Assembly (NCBI GenBank): GCA_903878285.1
Contig: CAIRHB010000002.1
Span: forward strand, 808-64,807
DNA length: 64,000 bases
Direction of reading: 5' to 3'
DNA from: Candidatus Adlerbacteria bacterium
GTDB lineage: Bacteria; Patescibacteriota; Minisyncoccia; Phycocordibacterales; SBAW01
A program made the position numbers and the translations under genes. The notes below the pieces were generated by a model. That model searched no databases, was not told where the DNA came from, and saw only the letters and a program-made list of their open reading frames with translations. This document shows positions 1-9,011 of the stretch, piece after piece. Within the stretch, counting starts at the first letter, position 1, and every line of letters begins with the position of its first letter.

Positions 1-1
1 C

Positions 2-712
2 ATGCCAATTAGCGTCGAGGTAGTTGGCGCGTCGCCAGAAACCCTCGATGCGATTTTCGAATATTTTACATCCGTCGACACGCGCTTTAGTACGTTTAAA
101 TCGGATAGCGAAATCTCGCGCATCAATCGTGGCGAGATTTCACTCGACGCCTACAGCGACGACATGCGCGAAATCTTTTCGCTTGCAGAAAAAACAAGAG
201 ATGAGACGCGCGGCTATTTTTCGATACAACGACCCGACGGCTCGATCGACCCGTCAGGTTTGGTCAAAGGATGGGCAATCCGCAATGCTGCAAGACTCGC
301 CGAGCAGCTCGGGCACACGAACTATTTTATCGACGCGGGTGGCGATATTCAATCGCATGGCGTCGACGAGCAGGGGAGATGTTGGACCATCGGCATCCGC
401 AACCCGTTTAATCACGCAGAGATTGTCAAGGTAGTGCAACCAAACGGAAAGGGCGTGGCAACCTCGGGCACCTACCTGCGCGGGCAGCATATCTACAACC
501 CACACCAGCCGGGCGCGACACTCGACGATATCGTGAGCATCACGGTAATCGGCCCCGACATCTACGAGGCAGATCGCTTCGCGACGGCGGCGTTCGCGAT
601 GGGTCGCGAGGGCATCCTGTTTATCGAATCGCTCGGTGGGCACGAAGGGTACACCATCGACGCAAACAGTGTCGCAACTATGACCAGCGGGTTTGAGCAG
701 CACGTGCTATAA
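2..712 (+). CDS. apbE: FAD:protein FMN transferase ApbE (5'-truncated by window edge)
   Basis: Conserved ApbE blocks are present (DPSG..KGWA, IDAGGD, VATSGTY). The ORF runs to the window start, so the true N-terminus is upstream. Confidence 0.8.
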   Translation: MPISVEVVGASPETLDAIFEYFTSVDTRFSTFKSDSEISRINRGEISLDAYSDDMREIFSLAEKTRDETRGYFSIQRPDGSIDPSGLVKGWAIRNAARLAEQLGHTNYFIDAGGDIQSHGVDEQGRCWTIGIRNPFNHAEIVKVVQPNGKGVATSGTYLRGQHIYNPHQPGATLDDIVSITVIGPDIYEADRFATAAFAMGREGILFIESLGGHEGYTIDANSVATMTSGFEQHVL

Positions 713-723
713 AACATATTGCT

Positions 724-2250
724 ATGAAACTCATCGACACCGTACTCAACAAGATCACCATGTACCGCGTCGTGCTGTACTACCTCATCCTGCTCCTCGG
801 CGTCGCGTTTTTCTACGGCTTCATCGGCGTCCTCCCCTACGACCCGACCGCGCTCGCGTTCTCGACTGTGCTCATCCTGCTCACCTGTATGGCGACAAAC
901 TGGATCTTTGCACGCACATTCAAAGCGGCAGCAAATGTCGAGTCGACCTACATCACCGCGCTTATCCTCGCACTCATCATCACGCCAGTGACCGCGAGCA
1001 ACCATGTCGGCGTCGGATTCCTGATCATAGCGTCGGTGTGGGCGATGGCATCAAAGTATATCTTCGCCATTGGCAATAAACACCTCTTTAACCCAGCGGC
1101 GTTCGCGGTCGCGCTCACTGCGCTCACAATCGGCCAGACCGCGAGCTGGTGGGTTGCGGGCAATATCCCGATGCTCCCGTTTATCCTCGTCGGCGGGCTC
1201 TTGGTGGTGCGCAAGGTGCGGCGCTTCGACCTCGTCGGCAGCTTCGCGGTCGTGGCACTCGCGACCACACTACTCACCACGCCGTCGGTGTTCACCACTG
1301 GCGACTTCATGACGCCAATCACGCAAACACTCCTCTATTCATCATTTTTCTTTCTCGCGTTCGCGATGCTCTCCGAGCCGCTCACCACGCCGCCAACCAC
1401 CCCGCTGCGTGTCGCCGACGGAGCAGTGGTCGGCTTCCTCTTCGCACCAAACATCCACGTCGGCAGTTTCTACTTCACTCCCGAGATGGCGCTTTTAGTC
1501 GGCAATATCTTTTCCTATCTTGTGAGCCCTAAGGGTCGGCTCGTGCTCACCCTGGTCGGCGTCGAGCGAATGGCGAACGATGCGTACGACTTTGTTTTTT
1601 CATCCGACCGCACACTCGCCTTCCGCCCCGGGCAGTACTTGGAGTGGACGCTCGCGCACACCTACCCCGACAACCGTGGCAATCGCCGCTACTTTACCAT
1701 CGCGTCCGCGCCAACGGAGAAAAATATTATCCTTGGCGTCAAGTTCTACGACCCAGCGAGCACCTTTAAACATACGCTCGCGGCAATGAAGCCGGGCGAC
1801 ACGCTCACCGCCTCACATCTCTCGGGCGGGTTTGTGCTGCCAAAGAATAAGACAAAAAAACTCGTGTTCATCGCGGGCGGTATCGGCGTCACTCCGTTTC
1901 GCAGCATGATCCACTACCTGCTCGACCGCCACGAGCGGCGCGACATCATTGTGCTCTACTCTAACAAGACTGCCGCCGATATCGCCTACAAAGATGTCTT
2001 CGATCGCGCGCAAGCAGAGCTCGGTATCAAGACGGTGTATGCGCTCAGTGCTGAGAAACAGCCGCTGCTAGGGATGTTTAACGGCACCATCGACGCAAAG
2101 TTGATCGCGCAGCAAGTGCCCGACTTCCGCGAGCGCACCTTCTATATCTCGGGCCCGCGTGTGATGGTTGATGCGTTCACCACCACCCTCACCCAGATGG
2201 GCGTCTCGCGCTTTCACATCAAGAGCGACTTCTTCCCCGGGTTTGCGTAG
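724..2250 (+). CDS. Membrane oxidoreductase: N-terminal polytopic TM domain plus C-terminal ferredoxin-reductase-type FAD/NAD(P)-binding domain
   Basis: About 230 aa of hydrophobic helices come first. They are followed by an FNR-family FAD motif (RRYFTIASAP) and an NAD(P) motif (FIAGGIGVTPF). The gene lies immediately downstream of apbE. Confidence 0.7.
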   Translation: MKLIDTVLNKITMYRVVLYYLILLLGVAFFYGFIGVLPYDPTALAFSTVLILLTCMATNWIFARTFKAAANVESTYITALILALIITPVTASNHVGVGFLIIASVWAMASKYIFAIGNKHLFNPAAFAVALTALTIGQTASWWVAGNIPMLPFILVGGLLVVRKVRRFDLVGSFAVVALATTLLTTPSVFTTGDFMTPITQTLLYSSFFFLAFAMLSEPLTTPPTTPLRVADGAVVGFLFAPNIHVGSFYFTPEMALLVGNIFSYLVSPKGRLVLTLVGVERMANDAYDFVFSSDRTLAFRPGQYLEWTLAHTYPDNRGNRRYFTIASAPTEKNIILGVKFYDPASTFKHTLAAMKPGDTLTASHLSGGFVLPKNKTKKLVFIAGGIGVTPFRSMIHYLLDRHERRDIIVLYSNKTAADIAYKDVFDRAQAELGIKTVYALSAEKQPLLGMFNGTIDAKLIAQQVPDFRERTFYISGPRVMVDAFTTTLTQMGVSRFHIKSDFFPGFA

Positions 2251-2253
2251 AAA

Positions 2254-2523
2254 CTAAAAACGACGTTCGAGATACAACTTGATAAAATATTTACCTTTCT
2301 TTGTTAGCTGTACAATATTTCGCGTACCATTCACATACTCCACAAGCCCATCGGAGTGTGCATACGCCAAATTTGCAGGCGTTATATTCCTACCAACTGT
2401 CCGATCGAAATCATCAGATATTTCGATAACACCATTGTGCTCATACACAAGAGAATAGAGTTCCTTAAATCCCTCGTGCAGCTTTCGATTCTTCTTGAGT
2501 TCATTAAATTGTTGCTCCCACAA
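2254..2523 (-). CDS. Hypothetical small protein (AT-rich islet)
   Basis: 89-aa ORF in a low-GC segment, co-directional with the neighbouring genes. No recognisable motif. Confidence 0.3.
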   Translation of the reverse strand: MWEQQFNELKKNRKLHEGFKELYSLVYEHNGVIEISDDFDRTVGRNITPANLAYAHSDGLVEYVNGTRNIVQLTKKGKYFIKLYLERRF

Positions 2524-2546
2524 AATCTCTGGGCTTTCAACAGCCG

Positions 2547-3047
2547 CTATTTTTTCTTGTTTAGCTTTAGATTTTTTTCCTCTCGTTTCTCTTTCTGTGT
2601 CTCCTGCAACTCAATGATCTTCAACTCTATCTGATTTTTAATGCTCTTTCGATAAAAGATTCTCGTTCCATAAGGGAAAATCCAGAAGAAAAGTATGGTT
2701 AGCAAAAGAGGAAAGACCAACGAATGCGCAACAAACTCAACACTAAGCGGATTTGGAAACAGCGAGTTTAGATATTCACTGCGCAAAAGTCCTGTCTTTT
2801 TATATAAAATCTCCTGATCTACGAAGAAAGCATCGTACAGCAAACGCCAGTTAAACAGTAGCCATGCGACTACAAAATAACCATAGAAAGGAGAGGTTAT
2901 ACGCTCATTTAAAGCAATCTCAGCTGAGTCAAGAAATTCGTTGCTGGCCCCAAGAACGCTTTTGATATTCTCCCAAGTATCCTTGAGGATGCCAGGATTA
3001 TAGTCGGTCGTGTCTTTATATGCAAAATTGGTTCCACAGCGTTGCAA
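2547..3047 (-). CDS. Hypothetical membrane protein (AT-rich islet)
   Basis: 166 aa with two hydrophobic helices and a lysine-rich C-terminus. Low GC compared with its flanks. Confidence 0.4.
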   Translation of the reverse strand: MQRCGTNFAYKDTTDYNPGILKDTWENIKSVLGASNEFLDSAEIALNERITSPFYGYFVVAWLLFNWRLLYDAFFVDQEILYKKTGLLRSEYLNSLFPNPLSVEFVAHSLVFPLLLTILFFWIFPYGTRIFYRKSIKNQIELKIIELQETQKEKREEKNLKLNKKK

Positions 3048-3100
3048 GCATTCAGGTACCTATGCTATACTTTGGGTACAAATGGCCACGAGGCCCCCGA

Positions 3101-3124
3101 GAAACCCCGCTTCGGCGGGGTTTC
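3101..3124. terminator. Perfect 10-bp stem / TTCG tetraloop hairpin
   Basis: The hairpin is GAAACCCCGC-TTCG-GCGGGGTTTC, starting 8 nt downstream of the MazF-like gene stop. There is no clear U-tract, so it may be a structural RNA element or a bidirectional terminator. Confidence 0.35.
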
Positions 3125-3131
3125 GACCTTT

Positions 3132-3536
3132 CTACGAGACGCACGGGAAGAAACGTTGCACCGCAGAAACTATTTCTGCAAACTGACCTTTTGGCAACTT
3201 AAACATGAGACGCTGCAGACGTTTACTACTGATAAGCCGCAACTGCGACAAAATAACCACCGAACCTGTTTCTCCAGATGTTATCCGATAGTGATACATA
3301 TTGTCTTTGTCCGAACTCGTGAGCGGCAACACCCACAGCACATGCCGATTGAATTTCTTTATCACTAACACGGGGCGCTCAAAGAGCTCGTGCTTTCCAT
3401 CTTGCTCAAATCCTACATTTACTCCCAACGAACACCACCAGACCTCACGCTCGTGAAAGAACTTATCTCCTCCGTTTGCATGTATATGCTGTTTTACTCC
3501 ATTCCAAGTATCAAAATCTTTTTCCATTGCATACAT
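3132..3536 (-). CDS. MazF/PemK-family toxin-like protein (endoribonuclease fold)
   Basis: The motif layout FHEREVWWCSLGVNVGFEQDGK..RPVLVIKKFN...LWVLPLTSS parallels the PemK/MazF/EndoA core (GD-hydrophobic-D/S-L-G-x3-G-SEQ-GG-RP-VLVI...P-T). I trimmed the long ORF (3132..3785) to the internal ATG at 3536 because the upstream part overlaps a GC-rich convergent gene. Confidence 0.5.
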   Translation of the reverse strand: MYAMEKDFDTWNGVKQHIHANGGDKFFHEREVWWCSLGVNVGFEQDGKHELFERPVLVIKKFNRHVLWVLPLTSSDKDNMYHYRITSGETGSVVILSQLRLISSKRLQRLMFKLPKGQFAEIVSAVQRFFPCVS

Positions 3537-3571
3537 ACTACTCTTAGTTTGGAAACACTTGCACATGCGCC

Positions 3572-5137
3572 GTGTGTACAACTTGTAGTATGATAGAGAA
3601 CACCATGCTGCGCGGAGTTGATGGACAGTTTGATTGGAAGGGATGCTCTGCCGCACTGACGTATGTCGGCGTGGTCGCGCTGCTCGTGGTTGGTGCCAAG
3701 TTTGGCGTCGCGTATGCAACTGATACACTCTACCCCTCTGCCGACGCATCACTCGCCGCTGATGCTGCAGGCGGTGACGGATCATCTAGCGCAGGCACAC
3801 ATGCAGATGCTGCAAATAGCGCAAACACTATTGGAGGCAACGCGGGAACCACGACGCCAAACCCTGACACACTCTCGACCACGACGCCCGAGCGTGTGAT
3901 CAACGCGCTCACCATTGCGCAGGCGGTGCCCGCGACGGGCAAGTTTATCGCCGCCGACTTGGTCAACATGGAGCTGTATCTCTACCAAGACGGCACGACA
4001 ACCGCCGCGTATCCAATCCTCAGCAAAGGTCGCCCCGGCACTTCGTGGGAGACGCCGAGCGGCATGTATGCCGTGCAGAGCAAAGAGGCAACACACTTCT
4101 CGACCATCGGGCACGTCTACATGCCCTACAGTATGCAGTTTTATGGCAACTATTTTATCCACGGCTGGACCTACTACCCCGACGGCACGCCGGTCGCCGC
4201 GACCTTCTCGGGCGGATGCATCAAGCTCGCGACGACGGATGCCGAAAAGGTTTACGCGTTCGCCGACGTTGGCACCAAAGTCTTTGTCTATGACTCCAAG
4301 CAAGCGACGCCGCCACCCGCGCTGTCGCTCGCGAGCAACCCCGTGCCAGCAATCGACGCTGCGTCCTACCTCGTCGCCGACATCGACACCGGCGATGTGT
4401 ATACCTCGCAGTTCCCCGATATGCCTCTACCAATCGCCTCGGTGACCAAACTGATGACCGCGCTTGTCGCAAACGAAATCATCAGCCTCGATAAAAAAGT
4501 GACGATTGAAGATGGCATGCTCAAAACGCCGCGTGTCGCCTCGAGCACCGCGCCCGAGACCTTCCTCGTCGATGATCTCTTCTACCCACTCCTGATGCAG
4601 TCCAACAATGCGATCGCTGATGCGCTCGCCTCCTACTATGGCACACGCGGGTTCGTCGGCTGGATGAACACCACCGCCCGCGCACTCGACATGACCTCGA
4701 CCACCTTTGCCGATGCGAGCGGCGTCTCGGCGAGCAATGTCTCGACGTCCGAAGACCTCTTCCGCCTCGCGACGTATCTGGAAAATAAAAAATCGTTTGT
4801 ATTAAAAATCACCCACACCAAAAGTAAGACGATTACGGCGAGCGACGGCACGAGCTACACTGTCTATAACGTCAACGCGCCTGCGACCGATGCGGCGTTC
4901 GACGGCGGCAAGGTCGGGCACACCACCGCCGCGGAGGACACGATGCTCTCTGTCCTGTCGATCACCGTTGGTGGCACCGAGCGACACATCGCGATTATCG
5001 TCCTTGGCTCAACGAACCAGAAAGTTGATACCGACCATCTCGCCACCTGGATCACCGCAGCTGCCACCGCAGGCGCTACCTCCCAAACCGCCTGCGCCTC
5101 CTGCGCCCTCCCGCAGTATAGAAAGATCCAGCTGTAG
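3572..5137 (+). CDS. Bifunctional cell-wall enzyme: L,D-transpeptidase (YkuD) domain fused to D-alanyl-D-alanine carboxypeptidase (S11/PBP5-like) domain
   Basis: An N-terminal TM helix is followed by the Ldt catalytic motif HGW...SGGCIKL. The second half carries SVTKLM (SxxK), SNN (SxN) and KVGHT (KTG-like) serine-peptidase motifs. Confidence 0.75.
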   Translation: MCTTCSMIENTMLRGVDGQFDWKGCSAALTYVGVVALLVVGAKFGVAYATDTLYPSADASLAADAAGGDGSSSAGTHADAANSANTIGGNAGTTTPNPDTLSTTTPERVINALTIAQAVPATGKFIAADLVNMELYLYQDGTTTAAYPILSKGRPGTSWETPSGMYAVQSKEATHFSTIGHVYMPYSMQFYGNYFIHGWTYYPDGTPVAATFSGGCIKLATTDAEKVYAFADVGTKVFVYDSKQATPPPALSLASNPVPAIDAASYLVADIDTGDVYTSQFPDMPLPIASVTKLMTALVANEIISLDKKVTIEDGMLKTPRVASSTAPETFLVDDLFYPLLMQSNNAIADALASYYGTRGFVGWMNTTARALDMTSTTFADASGVSASNVSTSEDLFRLATYLENKKSFVLKITHTKSKTITASDGTSYTVYNVNAPATDAAFDGGKVGHTTAAEDTMLSVLSITVGGTERHIAIIVLGSTNQKVDTDHLATWITAAATAGATSQTACASCALPQYRKIQL

Positions 5138-5149
5138 TCGCCTACATTG

Positions 5150-5728
5150 TTACTGCAACCGTGTGCCCAGCAGGTAGACGCGGGCGAGAAATTGGGCTCG
5201 TTTCTCTGTCGTCGACGAGCGGATGGGGCCGAGGTACGTGACGCACGTCGGGGCAATGCCACAAAAGGCGAGTACGCGACTCTTAAGTTGATTAACGCTC
5301 GGCGCCCCGAAGAGAAATCGGTAGACAAACGGCGGCGTATCCAGCGTCGTGATGATGTGCGCTGTCCGCCCCTTCAACAACTTCAATGGGAAAGGGCTCT
5401 TGCCTGTGTAGCGGAAGGCAAACCCCGCAGAAAAGACCATATCAACAAAACACTTTAGCAGCGCTGGCATACCCGCCCACCACACCGGGTGCACAAACAC
5501 GATATGCTCTGCCCATGCGATATCCTCGCGCGCATGCAAAATATCCTCGCCGACGGGCTGCTTGGTAAAGTGCTCGTAGCGCAGGTAGCGCTCGATCGGC
5601 AGATCTGTGACGACGATCTCGCGCACCTCGGCACCCGCCTCGAGCGCACCTCGCTTGTACTCGCCCACCAACGCCGCAGTAAAACTATCCTTCTTGGGAT
5701 GTCCGTTAATGAGTACAATTTTCTTCAT
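5150..5728 (-). CDS. NAD(P)H-dependent oxidoreductase, flavodoxin-like fold (NAD(P)H dehydrogenase (quinone) family)
   Basis: MKKIVLINGHP... start, typical of Flavodoxin_2 / KefF / MdaB-like proteins. About 190 aa. Confidence 0.7.
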   Translation of the reverse strand: MKKIVLINGHPKKDSFTAALVGEYKRGALEAGAEVREIVVTDLPIERYLRYEHFTKQPVGEDILHAREDIAWAEHIVFVHPVWWAGMPALLKCFVDMVFSAGFAFRYTGKSPFPLKLLKGRTAHIITTLDTPPFVYRFLFGAPSVNQLKSRVLAFCGIAPTCVTYLGPIRSSTTEKRAQFLARVYLLGTRLQ

Positions 5729-5742
5729 AATTTAGTATACAA

Positions 5743-6321
5743 TTACTCCCAACCCAAATCCTTCAAGGATCTTACATTCCTATTATTTCTCTCATTTTCA
5801 GAAGTAAGACCAGTCAAAATAGTGTATCCGTGATTATCAGAACTACCTACGTCTTCAAATGTCTTTTTATCAACAAAGTAAACTTGGACACCGTTTTCGA
5901 TCATTGCATCGAGCGCAGAAGCATATCGAACTTCAGACAATGGTTTTACCGATTTTCGACTTGTCCATTCTTTATCACCCATTCCTTTGTGAGGGTCATA
6001 CTCAAAGGTGTCACTTGGGAAAGCGTACATTGAACCTCCTTTGTCGTTTTTTATAAATTCTTCCCTGTCTGAATTAATAACGACGACTGGTATATCTCCA
6101 TAAAATCCTATGTGCATCCAATGATCCCCATGCCCCTCGACAAGAAAAGCGGAAGCAAAAGCTTTGTTGGGGGTGGAAAAAATTACAGCACCTTCGCCCT
6201 CATCTCGATAATTTCCCTTATTCGGAACAAACTCTGCGATACCAGCAGTTCTAGAAGCATGGTACAAAAATTCTGGTTTTTTCTTTTTCTCTTTGCTCGT
6301 TAGTCTTTCGAAGTTTTCCAT
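5743..6321 (-). CDS. Hypothetical protein (first gene of the low-GC island)
   Basis: 192-aa ORF where the sequence becomes AT-rich. No motif I can name. Confidence 0.4.
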   Translation of the reverse strand: MENFERLTSKEKKKKPEFLYHASRTAGIAEFVPNKGNYRDEGEGAVIFSTPNKAFASAFLVEGHGDHWMHIGFYGDIPVVVINSDREEFIKNDKGGSMYAFPSDTFEYDPHKGMGDKEWTSRKSVKPLSEVRYASALDAMIENGVQVYFVDKKTFEDVGSSDNHGYTILTGLTSENERNNRNVRSLKDLGWE

Positions 6322-6849
6322 ACATCTTTTATTGTTTGAACGCTCTTCAAAACCATTGGCGGGCTACTCGGGATTCAACTGAATGGTGCAAGACCCCGTA
6401 AGGATATTCTAGCGCGAAAAGCACCACACCGCTAAGGCTCTCGGGTCGGGGCTCTAGTTTTTGAAATGAGACAAATGAGACACTTTTTCGCGTTTTTTTT
6501 GGAAGTGTCCCAAAACACCAAAATGTTCATATTTTACTTATCCACAGGTTTAGTCTCTTGCAAAAAAACCGCTTTCGTCTATGGTAGGTATAGGGTCATT
6601 GCAAACGTATTGGGCTTCAGCCACCCATTTGTTTATTTTGAACGTAAATGCTTAGAACTTAGGACTGTGTCGTCACCCAGACGATATTGAAGATTAGAGC
6701 AGCGAACCAAAATAATACCGAATCACTCCGCATGGCGGGATGGTTTTGTGTTATTTCGGCTCGCCCCAAAAACGAAAGAAGCACAACCACCCTACACATG
6801 GGTGGTTTGTTGCATAGCGACCCTGCCATTACAAGGTAGGAACTAGAGT

Positions 6850-8181
6850 ATGGAAACACAAAAAAGTTTGAAGATCGAGTATGTAGCAGTGGATGTTCTT
6901 CGTGCGGCAGACTACAACCCGCGCAAGTGGGACAAAGAGGCGGCGCAACACCTCCGTGAGAGTATCACTCGTTTTGGCGTGGTAGACCCACTACTGGTGA
7001 ATAGTGCGCTTGAGCGAAAAAACATTGTCATCGGTGGACACTTCCGTCTATGCGTACTTAAAGAGATGGGCGTGACTGAAGTGCCCGTGGTGTATGTGTC
7101 TGTTCCTGATATAGAACGAGAAAAAGAACTCAACATACGTCTCAATCGAAACGTCGGCGAATTCGACTGGGATTTGCTCGCCACCTTCGACGAGGCATTT
7201 CTGTCAGATGTCGGATTCTCCAGCGAGGAGCTTGACGGCATATTTGCCCCCGATGAGCAGGAGGAAGTATTTGACCTTAAGAAAGAATTGGACAAGCTCA
7301 AAATTGATTCGATCGATATACAAAAGGGAGACATGTATCAGCTTGGACAGCATCGCCTCATGTGCGGCGATAGCACCATCGAGTCGGATATGTTGACACT
7401 TATGGGCGACGAGAGAGCAGACATGTGCTTCACGGATCCGCCGTACATACTCGACTACTTACACGGCAAGACACGCCATGGCGAGGCAACCACTGGATTC
7501 GGCGCAAAGAAGAACCGTCGGTATCTTGAGACAGAATCCCTGCCTAATGATTTCAGTGACCTGTGGATGGCAAATATCGCCAAGGTACAAAAGGCAGACT
7601 TTTCCATCATTATATTCGAGCACCCAAAGAATCTGCGCACCATCTGGAACGCAGTGGAGAAACATTGGAAATACCGCAACACTATTGTCTGGCATGTGCC
7701 CAATCGCGTACAGGGATTCTCCTCAAAGTACAAGTTCTTCAACAAGCACGATATAGCCCTCGTGGGTACTACTCCAGAGTTTGAGCTGCCAAACACTGCA
7801 CCAGAAGATGACGCGCTCTTTCAAACAGAGTACGAGAACGCGCTATTTGCCACGGCAGGCAAACCGCAGTGGGAGGGCTATGAGAAAGGCAAGAAGTATC
7901 AACCGACCGATTTTATCGAGCACGTGGCCGCAGACGAGAAATCATCGGGTCAAGGCATTATCTTTGGCACGAAACCCCTTGAGCTCCTGATACCATACAT
8001 AAAAGTGCTTACCAAACGCGGCAATCTCATTGTTGAACCGTTTGGCGGTAGCGGCTCTACCCTGATTGCCGCGCACAAAATGGATCGGCGGTGCTTCTTG
8101 ATGGAGAAATCTCCTGTGTATGCAGAGGTTATTAAGAATCGCTGGGAGACACTCACTGGGCAAAAAGCACATAAGATATGA
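6850..8181 (+). CDS. ParB-like nuclease domain fused to DNA N6/N4 methyltransferase (phage-type ParB-MTase), copy A
   Basis: The N-terminus has ParB motifs (YNPRK, IVIGGHFRL). The C-terminus has an FTDPPY catalytic motif and an FGGSGST AdoMet-binding motif. Confidence 0.85.
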   Translation: METQKSLKIEYVAVDVLRAADYNPRKWDKEAAQHLRESITRFGVVDPLLVNSALERKNIVIGGHFRLCVLKEMGVTEVPVVYVSVPDIEREKELNIRLNRNVGEFDWDLLATFDEAFLSDVGFSSEELDGIFAPDEQEEVFDLKKELDKLKIDSIDIQKGDMYQLGQHRLMCGDSTIESDMLTLMGDERADMCFTDPPYILDYLHGKTRHGEATTGFGAKKNRRYLETESLPNDFSDLWMANIAKVQKADFSIIIFEHPKNLRTIWNAVEKHWKYRNTIVWHVPNRVQGFSSKYKFFNKHDIALVGTTPEFELPNTAPEDDALFQTEYENALFATAGKPQWEGYEKGKKYQPTDFIEHVAADEKSSGQGIIFGTKPLELLIPYIKVLTKRGNLIVEPFGGSGSTLIAAHKMDRRCFLMEKSPVYAEVIKNRWETLTGQKAHKI

Positions 8182-8182
8182 C

Positions 8183-8563
8183 ATGGCAGCAACACCCAAT
8201 ACACCAACCATACTCGATGAGCAACAACGGGAACAAAAGACTCTGATTATAGAGACGCTCAAAGTAAAACCAGTAGTCCAGACCGCATGCATAAAAGCGG
8301 GCATTGTTCGAGCTACCTACTACCGATGGATGAAAACGGATCGTGCGTTTGCAAAAGATGTTTGTGGTGCAATTAAAGAAGGTAATGACTTGATTAACGA
8401 TATGGCAGAATCAAAATTGTTCGATGGGATTAAGGAGGGCAAGATGAGCGCGATACGGTACCGGCTGGATCACAAGCATCCAAAGTACAAAAAGAAGCTC
8501 GTGCAAAAACGAAAGCGCAAAGACCCGCCGCAGAAAAAGATGGTGATATTGATTAAAGAGTAA
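8183..8563 (+). CDS. Terminase small subunit-like HTH protein, copy A
   Basis: HTH followed by a W/K-rich tail (VRATYYRWMKTDRAF...). It is a paralogue of the gene that directly precedes terminase large in module B. I took the start at the ATG that abuts the MTase stop. Confidence 0.55.
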   Translation: MAATPNTPTILDEQQREQKTLIIETLKVKPVVQTACIKAGIVRATYYRWMKTDRAFAKDVCGAIKEGNDLINDMAESKLFDGIKEGKMSAIRYRLDHKHPKYKKKLVQKRKRKDPPQKKMVILIKE

Positions 8564-8600
8564 AATACTATCCCCAAACGAATATATCTTCGAGCATGAT

Positions 8601-9011
8601 TCAATTGTTTGGAGTGAGTTCTTGAATGAAGAATCGTCCAAATTCTCTATTTAGATTCGTCATCCAGTCAGCGGCTTCTATGTTTTGATCCAATTCCCTA
8701 AACTTACGACTATCATAATCTTTTTGAAAGTGGAAGGCGCCGTTTCTGTACATTTTTAAGGAATGGATGTTTTCTTCTTCTAGAAGCAATGAGTCGATAT
8801 TCGCATCATTTAACTTTAATTCTTGCCATCCCTCTATAACTGTATACAAAAGCGCATACCATAAAGACATGTACATGAATGTCTCAATATCGTACTTTAC
8901 CTCATCAATATTATCCTTATTCGCTAAGAGGTCGAAAAAATGCTTGCGCATCTTATTCGCCCAGAAATAATATCGGTGCAAGGATACAAGTGATTCCCTA
9001 TTCTTCGACAT
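8601..9011 (-). CDS. Hypothetical protein with HEPN-like Rx4H motif
   Basis: 136 aa, predicted helical, with RNGAFH (R-x4-H) in the C-terminal half, which is the hallmark of HEPN RNase domains. Low GC. Confidence 0.4.
   Translation of the reverse strand: MSKNRESLVSLHRYYFWANKMRKHFFDLLANKDNIDEVKYDIETFMYMSLWYALLYTVIEGWQELKLNDANIDSLLLEEENIHSLKMYRNGAFHFQKDYDSRKFRELDQNIEAADWMTNLNREFGRFFIQELTPNN

Noticed and set aside
3537-3785. N-terminal extension of the MazF-like ORF (full ORF 3132..3785)
   Set aside because: The upstream 83 codons are GC-rich, Arg/Gln-rich, and overlap the start of the convergent Ldt gene. The start was reset to the internal ATG at 3536, where the AT-rich coding-like sequence begins.
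3663-4472. Overlapping ORFs within the Ldt/DacA gene (3782..4303 -, 3915..4445 +, others)
   Set aside because: They sit inside a gene with strong catalytic motifs. Their composition is Arg/Pro/Ser-rich and consistent with GC-driven open frames.
6361-6460. Possible tRNA fragment or att repeat (GGGATTCAAC resembles tRNA T-arm GGGATTCGAACC)
   Set aside because: Only about 9 nt of similarity, with no cloverleaf and no extended match to the tRNA-Ser 3' end. I treat it as coincidence until a proper repeat search is done.
8120-8182. Upstream start for TerS-like gene A at 8120
   Set aside because: That start would overlap the MTase by 60 nt in another frame. The ATG at 8183 directly follows the MTase stop and gives a protein matching the length of the module-B paralogue.
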